A stretch of 63,973 nucleotides of DNA, filler included, from Piptocephalis cylindrospora (taxonomy: Eukaryota): NCBI GenBank assembly GCA_003614145.1. It is 4 parts of 4 records of this genome, joined end to end, with 100 filler letters (N's around TTAATTAATTAA, not from the genome) between each part and the next. Parts side by side here need not be neighbours in the genome. Positions count along the whole stretch, not along the records: positions 32,719 to 48,930 come from KZ987872.1; 3 more parts are not named here. The stretch is one strand, 5' to 3'. The translations under genes and the position numbers were made by a program. The notes below the pieces were generated by a model. That model was given only the letters and a program-made list of their open reading frames with translations, was not told the DNA's origin and did no database searches. Positions 37,378 through 48,930 of this stretch are shown here, in pieces. The first letter of the stretch is position 1; every line of letters starts with the position of its first letter.

Positions 37378-38341
37378 ATGCTTTCCCCAACTACTCGACA
37401 TGTCCTTTCCAGGATACCTCAGAGGTTTACACGACTTCAGCGGTACTCAGCCCCCTCCTCCCAAAAGCCCCAACATTTTGACACGTACCGTTTAGTCAAG
37501 GCCCTGGAGAGGGAGGGGTTTGACCAAAAGCAAAGCGAGGCCATTATGCGGTGTTTATCTGCTGTGGTGAATGAAAGGTGGGTCAAAGTATAGAATGAGT
37601 AGTTTGATGTTATGGTCCCACTCACGCCTTCCTTGTTTACATAGTATTGGACAGTTGACTGAGGAGATGGTGACCAAGGGTGAGCAGGAACGCGTAAGTG
37701 TTGGCTTGGTGTACCTTCATGCTCGCCTAAACCCAATTGAGCTATCATCACTAAGCCGCCCATTTATCCCCTCCTAGTCGGCCTACACATACAAAGTGGA
37801 CTTTGCCCAGCTTAAATCAGAAATTCAGATGCTGGAACGCAATGACTTTTCCCTCGTTCGCCAGGATACAGAGAGACTGGAGGGGGAAATTGAAAAATTA
37901 AAGCAGAAGCTCCGAGAGGAGATTACTCGGACGCAATCTGGAGTCCGATTGGACATGAACCTGGACAAGGGCCGAATTCGGGATGAGGCCGGGGCCCAGG
38001 ATGTACGGATCAATGAGGCGGCCATCAAGGTTGAGACCGAGATTGGTCGGCTGCGGACCCAGATGGAGACGATCAAATTTCAGATCCTTCAGTATATGAT
38101 TGGTAGGCGTGAAAGGAGAAAGGGAGGAGGTGTGAGGGAGGTTAGAATAGGGTGCTCATCAGGGGCACATCTCTCCTCTCATGGTTCATTAGGTACGATC
38201 ACGGGTACTGGAGCATTGATTCTCGGTAAGTGGGGCAGGTGTGAGATGGGCTGGAGGGATGCGTGAACTACTATCGTCCTCATCTGTATATCTATCCATC
38301 CCTTATCATTCCCCATAGCCTACCTTCGGATGTTTAAATAA
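37378..38341 (+). CDS. FMP32: DUF1640 / Fmp32-MCUR1-CCDC90 family mitochondrial protein; exons 37378-37577, 37645-37693, 37778-38102, 38193-38225, 38319-38341
   Basis: Arg-rich presequence, HFDTYRLVKALEREGF..QSEAIM, KVDFAQLKSEI, GVRLDMNLDKGRIRDE, and a C-terminal TM segment GTITGTGALILAYLRMFK* after splicing four GT-AG introns. Confidence 0.85.
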
Positions 38342-38493
38342 AGAGCAGCGCTATTCTCCACGATCTTATTAGATTTTCTACGTAACAATCAGGACATATA
38401 CGTGTGCATCGTCACCACCAGTTCATTTTCATATCTCCCACCACACCCCTTTCTCCCTACTCCTCCTCTCTCCCAGCAGGAGCCATGCACAAC

Positions 38494-39525
38494 TTAAGCC
38501 TTGCTCTTCTTGTCATGACCAACGCCATTGTACGAATAAAAGCCCTCCCCGCTCTTACGACCATATTTGCCCTGCTTGACCAGATGATTGAGCATATGAG
38601 AGGGAGCAGCCAGGGCCTTTCCCTGGAGAGAAGCAGTGTCATTGTACCAGCCATCGGTGATGAACTTGAGAGTGTCAAGGCCCACGACGTCCATGAGCTC
38701 AAAGGGACCCATAGGGTACCCGGCCCCGTACTTCATAGCGGTGTCTACATCCTCGGGGGAGGCATCGCCCCGTTCAACCAGTCGAATGGCCTCCATCATG
38801 TACGGGACCATCAGACGGTTGACGATGAATCCGGGGGTATCTGCGCAGCCCACAGGGGCCTTCTTGAGCCGGAAGCAGAGGGAGAAGAGAGCATCGATGG
38901 TCTCCTGAGAGGTGGCATCGGTACGAATGACCTCTACTAGCTTCATCTGGGGTACAGGGTTGAAGAAGTGCAGACCGGCGAAACGATCGGCCCTCCCGGT
39001 GGCACTAGCAATGTCTGTGATGGGGAGGGAGGAGGTGTTGGAAGCAAAGATGGTGGAGGCGGGGGCTACGCGATCCAGGGAGGAAAAGAGCTTCTTCTTC
39101 ACCTCGAGATTCTCCACAATGGCCTCGACGACGAGGCCGGCATTACTTGCAGCCTCCTCGGCATTTGTGCTGACGTGGACCCGGGAGAGAGTCTCCTCCA
39201 CCAAGGATTCCTGGTCCTTGGGGCTATCCGGGAACTTTTTCCGGGCCATTCGCTTCAGCGAAGCCGTGATGATGCCTCGGCCCTTATCCAATGCCTGCTC
39301 CGATACGTCCACCAAGGTGGCCTGGATCCCTGCAGCAGCGACGACCTGGGCAATTCCGGAGCCCATGAGGCCCGAGCCGATGACGGTGACCCGTTCAATG
39401 TCCGTGACCGAGGAGGAGGAGTACGAGACGGTGAGACATTTGGCCATGGCCATGCCAGTGGGTCGAGTTAGTCTGGCAGACTTGAGGATGTGTGAGGTGC
39501 TGGCACGAAGGATGGAGGAAGACAT
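38494..39525 (-). CDS. 3-hydroxyacyl-CoA dehydrogenase (mitochondrial HADH-like)
   Basis: Presequence, Rossmann motif VIGSGLMGSGIAQ, VVEAIVEN, SNTSSL, GLHFFNP, DTPGFIVNR and GYPMGPF. Confidence 0.93.
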   Translation of the reverse strand: MSSSILRASTSHILKSARLTRPTGMAMAKCLTVSYSSSSVTDIERVTVIGSGLMGSGIAQVVAAAGIQATLVDVSEQALDKGRGIITASLKRMARKKFPDSPKDQESLVEETLSRVHVSTNAEEAASNAGLVVEAIVENLEVKKKLFSSLDRVAPASTIFASNTSSLPITDIASATGRADRFAGLHFFNPVPQMKLVEVIRTDATSQETIDALFSLCFRLKKAPVGCADTPGFIVNRLMVPYMMEAIRLVERGDASPEDVDTAMKYGAGYPMGPFELMDVVGLDTLKFITDGWYNDTASLQGKALAAPSHMLNHLVKQGKYGRKSGEGFYSYNGVGHDKKSKA

Positions 39526-39716
39526 GGGTGAGATGTATGTACTGGGAGAAGAGGGAGAGAGAAGTGGAGGAGGCAAACAGAGAGGGATGGAGAATGCATT
39601 GCCCTATTTATATTTACTGGGGAGACGAACAACTACAGCAAGTCCAGTCAGGATGTGGATGTGACGCGTGCGGACTTGGCGGTCGGTGTGTGGGGAAAGG
39701 CTGTCTCCCCCTCCTC

Positions 39717-39740
39717 CTCTCTCTCTCTCTCTCTCTCTCT
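39717..39740. repeat. (CT)n microsatellite
   Basis: About 12 CT units, directly visible. Confidence 0.9.
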
Positions 39741-40060
39741 CACGGGGGAAGGACGATCCGGAATGGAGATTCGGGCCCTACGCGTTCCGAAGAGCAGGGG
39801 AAAGGCTGGGACATACTCTTCTTATGTGCATATGGTCCTCCGCTGGGCAGAGACATATCCAAGCCTCTCAAAAGCATGTGGAGAGAGGGAAATGTGAGAT
39901 GTGGTTGTAAATCACGCCCATTGAATCAACCGCTGCATGTTTTCTCGTTTGAAAATGACCCAGGACTAGAGATCAAAAATCATCCTTCATTCACCATTCA
40001 CCCTCGGGGTATATAAAATCAATCCAATTCCTCTAATAGCTCACGTATTTTATCCTTTTC

Positions 40061-41224
40061 TTACTCTTCATCTTTGGACGACGTGCCAGTAATACCCTGA
40101 GCAGGCCATAGCCATCCGTGGATGTCCTCCTGGGTGCCGCTTTGGATGGCACGCACGGTGTCGTAAAGCTTTTGCATATAGGGACCCATGGTGGAGGCCC
40201 CACCATTCACCAGGACCTCCTGATCCCCCCGAACCAGACGCTTGACTGGGGTGATGACTACGGCGGTGCCACAGGCAGCAACCTCAGAAAACCCATCCGA
40301 CCCATCTCCAGCCTGGCCAGAGACCTCGGACCACGCTACAGGCCTCTCCTCCACCTTCCAGCCAAAGTAGGTAGCAAGCTCACAGAGGGTCCGACGGGTG
40401 GTAGACCGAAGGATACTCCGGCTATTGGGGGTAATGAAGGTGGGGGCGGAGTCGGATGAGCCCTCGATCTTGCCCTGACCCGGGGTGGATGGATGGTTGA
40501 GAGCGATAAAGTTGGAGGTAGTGAACTCCTCCACATAGGTATGGGACTTGGCATCAAGGTATAGGGAGATGGGGAATCCGCGACGCTTGGCAGCAATGGC
40601 CGAGGGGAGACAGGGAGCATAGTTTCCCCCGAGCTTAGCGGATCCGCTGCCCAGGGGGGCAGCCCGATCAAACTGTTCATCCACAAGGGCATCCACTCCA
40701 CGAACCCCACCAGAGCCCTTGTAGTAATCCCCGACAGGAACGACAAAGACAATGAAGGTCACCTCGGGACTGGGATCCACACTCAGTTGACCTTCGCTTC
40801 CATACAAAAGAGGTCGGACGTAGAGGGCGCCCCCAGATCCGTGGGGCGGTACGTACTCGATGTTGTCCTCAACGGCCAGACGACACGCCTTGAGAAAAAG
40901 ATCTTCAGGAGGAGGCTCCATGCCCACCTTGACGGCGGATTCGCCGAGACGCGTAGCGTTCAGCTCGGGACGGAAAAGACGGACGCGTCCATCGGGGCCC
41001 CGGAAGGCCTTGAGGCCCTCAAAGCAATTCTGTCCGTAATGCAAACCCGAGGTGGCAACGTGCATGGGGATGTAGGAAGTGCCTTGGACGAGCTCAGCCT
41101 CGGACCAGCCCTGGTCAGCGCGCCATACATGCCTGACAAAGGACTTGGTCTGGACGTAGGAGAACCCCAGGTTAGCCCAGTCGATGGACTTTGGATCGGT
41201 AGCTTGAGATTGGGGGAGGGACAT
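40061..41224 (-). CDS. Branched-chain amino acid aminotransferase (PLP fold IV)
   Basis: IDWANLGFSY, LHYGQNCFEGLKAFR, LYVRP, AKLGGNYA (PLP lysine), YLDAKSHTYVEE and CGTAVVITP. Intronless. Confidence 0.93.
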   Translation of the reverse strand: MSLPQSQATDPKSIDWANLGFSYVQTKSFVRHVWRADQGWSEAELVQGTSYIPMHVATSGLHYGQNCFEGLKAFRGPDGRVRLFRPELNATRLGESAVKVGMEPPPEDLFLKACRLAVEDNIEYVPPHGSGGALYVRPLLYGSEGQLSVDPSPEVTFIVFVVPVGDYYKGSGGVRGVDALVDEQFDRAAPLGSGSAKLGGNYAPCLPSAIAAKRRGFPISLYLDAKSHTYVEEFTTSNFIALNHPSTPGQGKIEGSSDSAPTFITPNSRSILRSTTRRTLCELATYFGWKVEERPVAWSEVSGQAGDGSDGFSEVAACGTAVVITPVKRLVRGDQEVLVNGGASTMGPYMQKLYDTVRAIQSGTQEDIHGWLWPAQGITGTSSKDEE

Positions 41225-42114
41225 GGAAAAATGTGCTTTTAGGGTGTAGGGGAAAGACAGGAAGAAAGAACTGGTGAGGGTGGGAGGAGAAGGGAGGGTA
41301 GAGTGGGAGGGGAGAGAGGAAACGCGCTGCTTATATACTTGAGAGATTCCCGTGGGTGTGCAATGTGTGTGTGAACTTCTAGGACGGACGGGAGCGGGTG
41401 AACGGATGGGACCGTGTCTCTGTGTTCAAAGATGAGACGAGAGAGAGATGAGAAGGAGGGCGATGAGATGTTAATCGCGTCCTACTTATCTCCATCCCAT
41501 CTCGTGGGTGTGGGAGGAAATCTGGGAGGGGGCTGACGGGGTCGGTACACCGGCAAATCAGTGATGGTGTGAAAAACGAGCATGTGCTTCGAGAGTGATT
41601 GGCTGTCTGAGGGGGAGGTCAGGATGCCTAGAGCCCTTCTATGTTTAGGAAAAGATAAATTTCTTGATTTCATCTTTTATCGTGACGATAGGATATCCTT
41701 GTCAGTAATGCTCTTTACCTAAATAGCAGTCCAGTTTCCCTTTAGGGCTTGGAAAGATAGACGAGATAAATGGGAAAGGAGAGCGGCTTACTGATCGACA
41801 GGAGACAAAATGAGCCTGGACACGTAGTGGCTCGAGCATAAAGGGAGGAGATACCAGCCCCCTGTCTCCTATCTTTCCATCCCTCTGGACCATGGGGCCC
41901 GAGTGGCTCATTGCCCATTCCATCTCCCTGTATCCCTGTCATGTTAAGTCTGTCTACTTCCATTGTCTTCATGACCAGCTATAGACTAGTCTCTCCTAAA
42001 CAGATATCTTTTCATGGTGCGCTTCTCTCACGTGAAAGGATTCTTTGTTGATCCGTGGAAGCAGATGTACCCACCTTACATCACAGGAATATCCCTTGGA
42101 AACTATCCAAGGAT

Positions 42115-42939
42115 TTACCGAGGGGGGGGAGACGCATCGCGCATGTCCTCATGGCTAGCTGGACCCCGATGAGCATGGGGCAGCGATGAGTTCAGGGCTT
42201 CTTGAAAGTCGTGTACCGCTTCCTCAAACCCAGTTACTCGTTCCCGCATACTCCGTGGGGTTTCCCCTAACCAGTCGAAGAGATATCCCCTTAGACGGAG
42301 GAGAGGGCTGGATCTGACGTCATCCACGGAGTTCCCGCTAGCATGAATATGTTCATATTCTTCCTGGAACATCCCTCCGCCCATGCGTGACCAGTTATCG
42401 ACCAATCTCCTAGTGTGGCTATCCAGAGCATTGAAAGAACCAAGAGCAGCAATGACCTCCCTACTCAGCTGAATGTCCTGATAACTCTCCAACCTGGTAC
42501 TTTCATCATTCCTGTGGCCGCTGCCTAGGTTCATCAGCTGTCGCTCAATGATCAAGACGCTCTCAATAGCTTCTATGGCATTTCTCTCTATCTGGGCCCT
42601 TGAATGCTCATCACGGCGATGGGGAGAGGATGATCTTGAATCAGAGAGACGACGGCGTTGGGGAGAGAGCGACCTTGGGCTAGGGCGACGGCGACGGCGG
42701 CGTCGGGATGAGGGAGGCTCGGGAGCAGGACTACGGCGATTTCGGAGCGACAATGAACTCTCAGCATCGTTGCCATAATCTTGAGGAGTAGAACGCGAGT
42801 CAGAATTAGAGGAACGACCGCCTGATCCAGAGCTTGGGATGCGAGCAGGCTCGTGATAGTCAGGAGAAGCCTCGATGCCCACAGTAGCAGCTAGGGCCAC
42901 GGCGACGAGGGTCATGAGATGAGCCAGGGAGATGTGCAT
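42115..42939 (-). CDS. Secreted protein with an R/S/P-rich basic region and a helical C-terminal domain
   Basis: Signal MHISLAHLMTLVAVALAATVGIEA-SP, then SRRRRRRPSPRSLSPQRRR. The in-frame ATG at 42939 is preferred over the ORF-track start. Confidence 0.68.
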   Translation of the reverse strand: MHISLAHLMTLVAVALAATVGIEASPDYHEPARIPSSGSGGRSSNSDSRSTPQDYGNDAESSLSLRNRRSPAPEPPSSRRRRRRRPSPRSLSPQRRRLSDSRSSSPHRRDEHSRAQIERNAIEAIESVLIIERQLMNLGSGHRNDESTRLESYQDIQLSREVIAALGSFNALDSHTRRLVDNWSRMGGGMFQEEYEHIHASGNSVDDVRSSPLLRLRGYLFDWLGETPRSMRERVTGFEEAVHDFQEALNSSLPHAHRGPASHEDMRDASPPPR

Positions 42940-44239
42940 AATAGTAAAGTCGTTAGCGCACGGGAAAGAAATGGCGAGCTTGTGGAAGAAAGTAGGGTGG
43001 ATGAGGTCGTTGCAACAGGGATAGTGCTTCAAGGTAGTGGAGAAAGGAGGGGGATGCAGTATTGAGGATCCAAATCCTGGTTTGGTGGAGGGCGCAAATC
43101 CCATATATTTATCCTTTCGTAGGAGGACAGGCTGACTCTTTCTTCTCTGTTCTTGACATTGCCATGTGGGTCATCCAGTTGTGATGTTAATTGTCTCGTT
43201 TTGTCCGCTCCGCCCTGTTGGTAGTATTGGCCTGTTCAGGATGCTCGATTGCTACTTTTGCCCTTCTCCTTGATATTCTCAGCTGTTGGTCTGGAAGGAT
43301 CTGAATCTCAGCCAGAGTTTGTGAGCCGGGCGGAGCGGTAGTAACTATGGTACCAATCGAGGAGTTCCAGCCCCTGTTTTACACCTGCGTGAATGGAACT
43401 AATGAATGTGCCATCACTTTATGTTCCTAAAAGGCTAGCAGCATAGCGAACCCCTATCCTTCAAATTTCCCATCGGATTCTGAATTTGTCCATCGGATCG
43501 TCAAATTTCTCTTAAATATCTGATGGGAAAATTCCGAAAAACGCCCCTAAATCATTGGACAGATTCCATGATCCGATGGCACATTTCATCCTCCCCAGTC
43601 CCATATCGCACAGACAGAAAATCAGGGCGCTGTTTACTGCTACAGAAAATCAGGGCTCTGACTGCTACCCTCACCCAGAAATAAGCCAACTCCGACCCAG
43701 TCCGCCCTGCCTTGGCTTGGCTTGACCTGTCTGCATCATTATCCCCGCTGCCGCCGCCTTGCCTCTTGGTCCCCCATCCTTGAACTGGAATCTTAGGCGG
43801 CCCATCCAATCCTCGGCCGCCTGCCCTGACCCCTTCCTGGGCTTTTTCCCTGTCTCAGCATCTGTCCCCCCGCAGTATGAAATAAGACCCAGTCTGCCCC
43901 ACGCCTCCGCTCCCTCCTTCCCTTCCTCCGGTCCCTCCCCCCTTCCTTTCTTTCTTTCTCTCTTTGTCTCGCTCGATTCCTGACGAACTTCTCTTCTTCG
44001 CAGCCCCCTCTCCCTCCAGCCTTATCCCAAGCCTTCTTCCCTGCCCCTTCGTGGGCCTCTCCACCCCTTCCCCCGTCCTTTCCACCGGTCCTCTGTCTTT
44101 GCCAGGCGCATAGCAGCTTCGTCTCCCTTCCGCCTCAATCATCTATTTTTCCCCGCCCTCTCCCTCACACAGCACCTCTTTTGCCCCTAAAGGACATCCT
44201 TCCTCCCCTCAGCCCTTCTCTTTCTCTCCCCCCTCCAGC

Positions 44240-46598
44240 ATGTCTTTTCAATTAGAGCCTGCACCGGTCCGACGGCCCCGACACTTTTCCCCTTCCTCCC
44301 ATCGCCTCATCCACCAGATACCCAGGCCCTTGAAACTCCATACTCCGAGTCCCTCTAGGCCATTACTCTCTCTCAATCATCCCTCCCCATTTCACCCTCT
44401 CTCTCGTCCCTCCTCTCCAATCCGGGTCCCTACTCCTACCCAGCCCACCGCCTTACATGCCCTCCTGCAATTGCTGGCCTCTATCAGGGCCCAGAGATCC
44501 ATTCTACCCCCAATCTCAACTTCTCTTGATCCTCCCTCGACACCCGAGATCGATAGCTCCCATCGTAAACGGGAAGGCTTTCTCAAGTGGTTATCCCAAA
44601 CCCTAATCAACCACCGAGTCTCCCATCCCTCCTCCCCCACGACTCCCCCTCCCTCCCCGCTCAACCCATTAGCCCTACCCTTTTACCCTCCATCCCCTAC
44701 CTTTTCCGACATTCCATTCCTCCAGGGCTCCACTGAATCCCGTCAGACCAAGCGGCATCGACGTAGCTGGAGCGACCAGGGCTCTTTGGCCCTGGCCTCT
44801 CCCCCCCTATCCTCACCCACATATCCGGTAGCATCCCCCCCCCTCCAGCCCATCAGGGCAGCTGGTCAAGGGAGAAGGTCTCGTCGAAGGAGCAACTCCG
44901 CTCTCATCCCCTCCCGAAGAGCATCGTGTCCCAATCGACCAAATCCTCCCAGCTTCCTCCTCCCCTCCCGCAAAATCCCCATTGACCCTGACATCATCTC
45001 CCCCCCCCTCTTCTCCCCTCCTTGCCGATATCCCCAACCTGCAGAGCATGCATGTCGAGATCCCTCGTAGATCCTGGGTCTGGACCGAATCTTCCTCCCA
45101 GATCCCCAGCAAGGATCTGAGTATCATGTCCTGGAATATCCTCTCTCCTAAAGCACACGCTCAACGCCAGCCCCCTTCCCTCTCCCCATCCCTCTTTCCC
45201 CTTGATCGCCACCACCCTCATCTGAATCCATCGGACATGGATCTCGATGAGAAGGTGGATTCATCGAAAAGGGCTAGCACCTCACACCACCTCGCTGAAG
45301 ATGCCTGGCCCATGCGTCTGGTAAAAATCCTCATGGAAATTTCCTTTTACCGCCCAGATATCCTCTGCCTTCAGGAGCTGGAGGAGTCCGACTACCACTC
45401 CACCTTGGCCCCCCTCCTTGCTCGTCTCGGGTATTCTGGGACATATGCGCGAAAGAGACCTGATAATCTTCAGGATGGCTGTGGGACCTTTTGGCAGCGA
45501 TCCAAGCTGGTCCTTCAGGAGCAGCACACACTGTACTATGCGGATGCTGATCTTCTAGGACCAGAGGGCCCCAAGGGCCAGAGGGGTAGATCCGACCATC
45601 CAAATGCTTGCCTTCCCACCAAAGAGCGCATCGGGAGCCCGGGTCATCGGGATCGTGCTGTCCGCTTCAACTTGCATCCCAATCTCGCTCTCATCACCCA
45701 TCTAATCCCCATATCCTCGGGGATCCCATCTGGACAGGGTGTTCGTATCATCAACACTCATCTTCTGGCCAACCCTTCCTTTGCCGATGCAAAGCTTCTT
45801 CAGAGTGCTGTCCTCATGGATCACCTCGCCTCGCTCTGCCCTGCCTCCCCGGTCCCACTTATATTGTGCGCCGACCTCAATTCTCTTCCTGAGAGTGACG
45901 TCCTTCACTATCTCCTCGATACCTCCCCCTCCCCCCCCCCCCCTTCCCCCAGATCCCCCCCCCCCCCCCCCCCCACCCCGGCCGCCCCGCCCCCGGGAGT
46001 CTTTCTCGTCGCTGTCTTTTGCCGGGTCCCCCAGGCCCCCCCCCCCCCCCCACACCATGTCCCCTCCCCTTTTTCCCCCCATCCCCTTCCTTTTCCGACA
46101 TTCCATTCCTCCAGGGCTCCACTGAATCCCGTCAGACCAGCTGCCCTGATGGGCTGGAGGGGGGGGGGTGCTACCGGATATGTGGGTGAGGATAGGGGGG
46201 GGGGGGGCGGGGCCAAAGAGCCCCGAGGTCAAAGGGGCCTTCGGGCTAGGAGGGAGCGGTCGTGTCTGGTCGAGGAAAACGTTCATCCCTCCCCTTGTCC
46301 CCCCACTCCCTCCTCCAGTGAAGGCGAAGGGGATGATCTGGAGGAAGAGGGGAAACGAGCTCACCTCCGAATCCCCTCATTTCCCCCTCCATCCCCGACC
46401 CTCCGTCTTGTTGGTGTCCTAGGCGGGATGGAAAGGTGTAAGGGTGGACGGAGAAGGTCGACCGGTGAGGCCAAAGGCGTCAACCCGGCTGATCGGTCGC
46501 TCTCTTCCCTAGAGGACCCTTACATGCCCAATGCCCTATGTCCTTCGGATCACCTGGCCTTGATGGCCGTCTTTCGTCTGGAGGATGCCAACTCATAG
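44240..46598 (+). CDS. CCR4/nocturnin/Angel-type EEP phosphoesterase (frameshift in a C-run, probably 44835-44843; misassembled segment ~45925-46230)
   Basis: IMSWNILS, DILCLQE, DGCGTFW, NTHL, ILCADLNSLPES and PSDHLAL. Confidence 0.8.
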
Positions 46599-47199
46599 GC
46601 TTGCTGTGTCTTTGCCCTGGTATCCTCCGGTGCATGTGCGTGTGCGTGTGTGTGTAATGTGTCTATGGTGTAATGGGTCTGTTTTTGCCTTCTCCTTGCC
46701 GCGCGTCCTCTCGTCCTCATACATATTCTCTCCCTCGGTACTCTGATCGCTTTTTTTACATCTCCCCCATTCGACATCGTCTTCCTGGTTGATCCTTTCA
46801 TAACAGCAGTACCAGAGTCTGTATCGGAGTTGGGGACTGTCCAGTGTCATCCGCTTCGGAGTTGATTCAAGCTTGTCTCCTAGCCTCCTCTTCGGAGTTT
46901 CCTATAATGGCACACGCCCAGCAATTAGTCCACCCCCTTTCCCACTCACCGGAGTATCTATGTGGGGGGCACATCATTTAAGCGTGATGAGGATGCGTTC
47001 CCCCCTTTTTCCCTCCCCTTTCCTCCTCATCGCTCTCCTCTTCTAGACACACTCTCTTTCCTCCCATCTCCTTCCTCGTCCTCCCGTCTCCTTCCTCATC
47101 CTCCCGCCCATCTCACCTCACCTCGCCTCATCATCTCTCCCATTCCATCCCAACATCTCGCATTCTTCTCATCCCAATCCATCCAGCCCATCCCTCCCA

Positions 47200-47613
47200 A
47201 TGTCCTCTCCAGCCACCGCCACAACCGCTCAGTCCTTCCTCCTCCTCATCCACGCCATCCCCCTCCTCAGCCTCCCACTTTCTCCCCTGCCCTTGCTCGT
47301 CTCCCTAGGAATTCCTTTCCTGGTCCTCATGTCCTTGGCTGCGACCGTGCTGGTCACCCGTCGTCTCGCCATTCTGGACGCGGAAGCCACTGTCACCGAG
47401 TGCCTCTTGCTTCGCGAGTCCGCCCGCACCGTGGGCGATCCTCATGTCTTGCGCGAGATCGAACGTCGTGAGTGGCTGGCCCATCACCGTCTCCGTACCC
47501 TTTTGGGCCCCATGGCCCTGGGTAGACTGCATCATGCCCAAGTCCTCTCCTCCATCCCTCCTCCCTCAAGTCTTCCCTATATGCGCATTCCTTGTGCTGC
47601 TCGGGCTGCTTGA
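47200..47613 (+). CDS. Hypothetical small membrane protein
   Basis: ATG ORF after a CT-rich leader, with hydrophobic N-terminal segments. No family recognised. Confidence 0.4.
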   Translation: MSSPATATTAQSFLLLIHAIPLLSLPLSPLPLLVSLGIPFLVLMSLAATVLVTRRLAILDAEATVTECLLLRESARTVGDPHVLREIERREWLAHHRLRTLLGPMALGRLHHAQVLSSIPPPSSLPYMRIPCAARAA

Positions 47614-48005
47614 CCTGCTTATCTCGCCTTTATTTAAATCGAGCATGAGTCAGCGGTGTTGTTGACCTATTACTAGACACATTAGCAAAGGGTAAATTTC
47701 CTTTCAAGGCGCTACCTCTTGTTAATAAGAGATGGGTCATCAGAGAATGGTGTATTGTCAATAGAGTGTCACTCTCAATGGTTACACACGAGGTGGGGTC
47801 TTCTTGTATGTCATTTAGGTTTTGGAGGTGGATTATGCAATCAACCAAGAGGTCTATGATCCCTTCTCATACGTAGCAATACCCCAGGCGATCACCCCTC
47901 CCTATCGTAAATATCATTAGGGAGAGGAATCAATTACGGTCTTGGGTCAACAAGGATATCACGTCCCTCCCATCCTCCCCTATCATCCTTGATTCATCTA
48001 TCGCT

Positions 48006-48930
48006 TCATGCTCCACTCATCTCAGCAGCCAACACAGCACCTAGGCCAAGAGTCACCCAGAAACCATACTCCTTCAACTCGCCCTCTTCCCCCTCTTCAT
48101 CCTTCTTCTTTTCTCCCACGCCCACGCCCTCACCCCCATCTTCAGAGGCCTTACTCACATCCCCTTCGCCATCCTCTTCGTCGCTAAGAAGGTCATCCTC
48201 ATCCTCAGGCGTCTCGATATACGAGTACTGCAGGAGGAATGGTACTTTCCAATCCTCAGTGATCTCGGAAGGTGGAGTCATCCGAATGGCCACACTTACA
48301 CTACTTCCTCGCTCCTCGATGATCCCAAGGCCATCAGCCCCTATCTCAGGATTCCCCTCTCCAACGACCTTCCGTCCCTTCCCCGACCCGTACAGCTCCT
48401 CATCGTACTCCCAGACATCCGAATACTCGGGAATCCTAAACTCTCCTAGGCCTCCGAGATCAATCTGACCCTGATTCTTGACGCCCTTCTCCCCCGTCGT
48501 CAAGGTCACCTTGATGGGAAAGTACAAAGGATTGGAGATGCGTAGGATCATTATGCCCCCCTCCTGCCCGATCCTCCAAGGCCCGGGAAGTTGTTGAAGA
48601 GTCAAGATAGGAACGTGGTGAATGGCCATCAGCTTAATCTTGAATCGGGTAGCAATGGCTTTTTGCTCCGGTTTAATGAGGATATGTCGACAGGATCGGC
48701 ATCTTTTGGATCGCTTAGCCCGAAGATGAATCCTTTCTGGTCGAATCTGTGAAAGCAGATAGGGTTGGTCTGCCAATTGCGTGAATCTCTGCTCCTGCGT
48801 TGAGACTAGATGATGATGATGAGCATGAGCATGCATGCGCCGATTCACCGGCCACTGGTATCCACTTACTCTGATGGGCGTCGGTTAGGGGCATCAACTC
48901 CTCCACTCCCTCCTCCTCCTCTACCTCCTC
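48006..48930 (-). CDS. DCTN4: Dynactin p62 subunit (DCTN4), 3' part, cut by the contig end
   Basis: STQEQRFTQ..P.RIHLRAKRSKRCRSCRHILIKPE..TRFKIKLMA..LRISNPL. Confidence 0.88.

Noticed and set aside
38494..38510. C-terminal SKA of HADH as a peroxisomal PTS1
   Set aside because: Non-canonical terminal residue, and the protein has a mitochondrial-type presequence.
7344..48930. Co-occurrence of CLIP-170-like and dynactin p62 genes as a cytoskeletal cluster
   Set aside because: They lie on different, arbitrarily concatenated contigs.
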